36,991 nucleotides of DNA, from the NCBI GenBank assembly GCA_049724395.1, contig JAUGWO010000124.1, positions 62,001-98,991 on the forward strand, given 5' to 3'. Position numbers and translations under genes: made by a program. This document shows positions 36,245-36,991 of the stretch, one piece after another; positions within the stretch are counted from its first letter, which is position 1; each line of letters begins with the position of its first letter. Origin of the DNA: Spongospora subterranea f. sp. subterranea (Eukaryota). The notes under the pieces are model-generated. The model saw only the letters and a list, made by a program, of their open reading frames with translations. It was not told the DNA's origin and did no database searches.

Positions 36245-36991
36245 ATGTTTTCGGGGGTCATTATAATACTTGTGGGATTGAGTTTTGGTGCCTCATCCTC
36301 CTCCAAACCGGGTTATGAAGACTTACTTGAGGCAATTCAAAAGGGGTCGCTATAGTGTATTCGTGTTTCATATTTCAAAAATGATTAATTACATTATTTA
36401 GATATCCAATGGATGAACATTTGGTCCGACAGATTGGATCCCAGTGCATTAATTGTCCCATTGAACATTACGGTGAACTCCCGGAAAATTATATGGGACC
36501 GGTTGGATAATGAGACTATGTCTAGTACTATATCTCACTGATCAAATATCACAGTTCGATCCAATGCCGATGCACATCATAGCACTTATCCATAAACGGT
36601 AGTTTTGAGTTGACAATGGTTTGTTATTCCCTGAAAGATCAATAGGCAGGAGATCGCCAATATTCTATTCGATATGGGGGCCGATGTATATGTAGCCGAT
36701 AGATATGGGAATACTCCATTGCACTTCGCCTCTCGTCGTGGCCTGTAATATATGCCACATTAGATGGCAATCACCAATTATCTGACACTTTTATAGAGTT
36801 CTCGCCGTAGAGAAGATCATCGCCATATTTGACAGCGACGCCATCAAAAAAAGGGATGAAGAATCAAAACAACAAGCGCTTGACTATACCAATGACGAGG
36901 GTCAAACTGCACTGCATTGGGCAGTTATATTCAAGAAGTTGGTCGTATAAAGTGTGGCAGCCTGATCTGCTGTCGTTAATTGCTACTGTGT
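36245..36991 (+). CDS. Ankyrin-repeat protein with a predicted signal peptide, multi-exon, continues past the window end
   Basis: Exon 1 reads MFSGVIIILVGLSFGASSSSKP. Spliced downstream exons give EIANILFDMGADVYVADRYGNTPLHFASRRGL and LDYTNDEGQTALHWAV. The exons are too short to appear in the ORF track. Confidence 0.75.

Overview
Eukaryotic genomic DNA with a compact gene layout and short GT-AG introns (mostly about 45-65 bp). The style resembles a plasmodiophorid or other protist genome; that taxonomy is inference only. The window has two compartments. (1) About 0.3-23.3 kb is gene-dense: a PA-domain/multi-TM receptor-like gene, AMMECR1, a full-size ABCG transporter, a small orphan type II membrane protein, a helical-repeat RAP-domain protein broken by two frameshifts, TAF13, an acidic Mrc1/Claspin-like protein with a 3x147-bp internal repeat, SF3B2, a PH-domain protein and RPF1. 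(2) About 23.5-36 kb is a cluster of mostly degenerate transposons: a Copia RT/RNase H fragment carrying a fold-back hairpin centred on the YVDD codons, a dead hAT, a nearly intact hAT with an 8-bp TSD and palindromic GAGTCGACTC end arrays, two MULE-like relics, a Gypsy-type gag and a pogo remnant. The window ends inside a multi-exon ankyrin-repeat gene with a predicted signal peptide. I found no rRNA, tRNA or CRISPR array. All gene models were spliced by hand, so exon boundaries are approximate, and all family calls rest on motif recognition without database searches.
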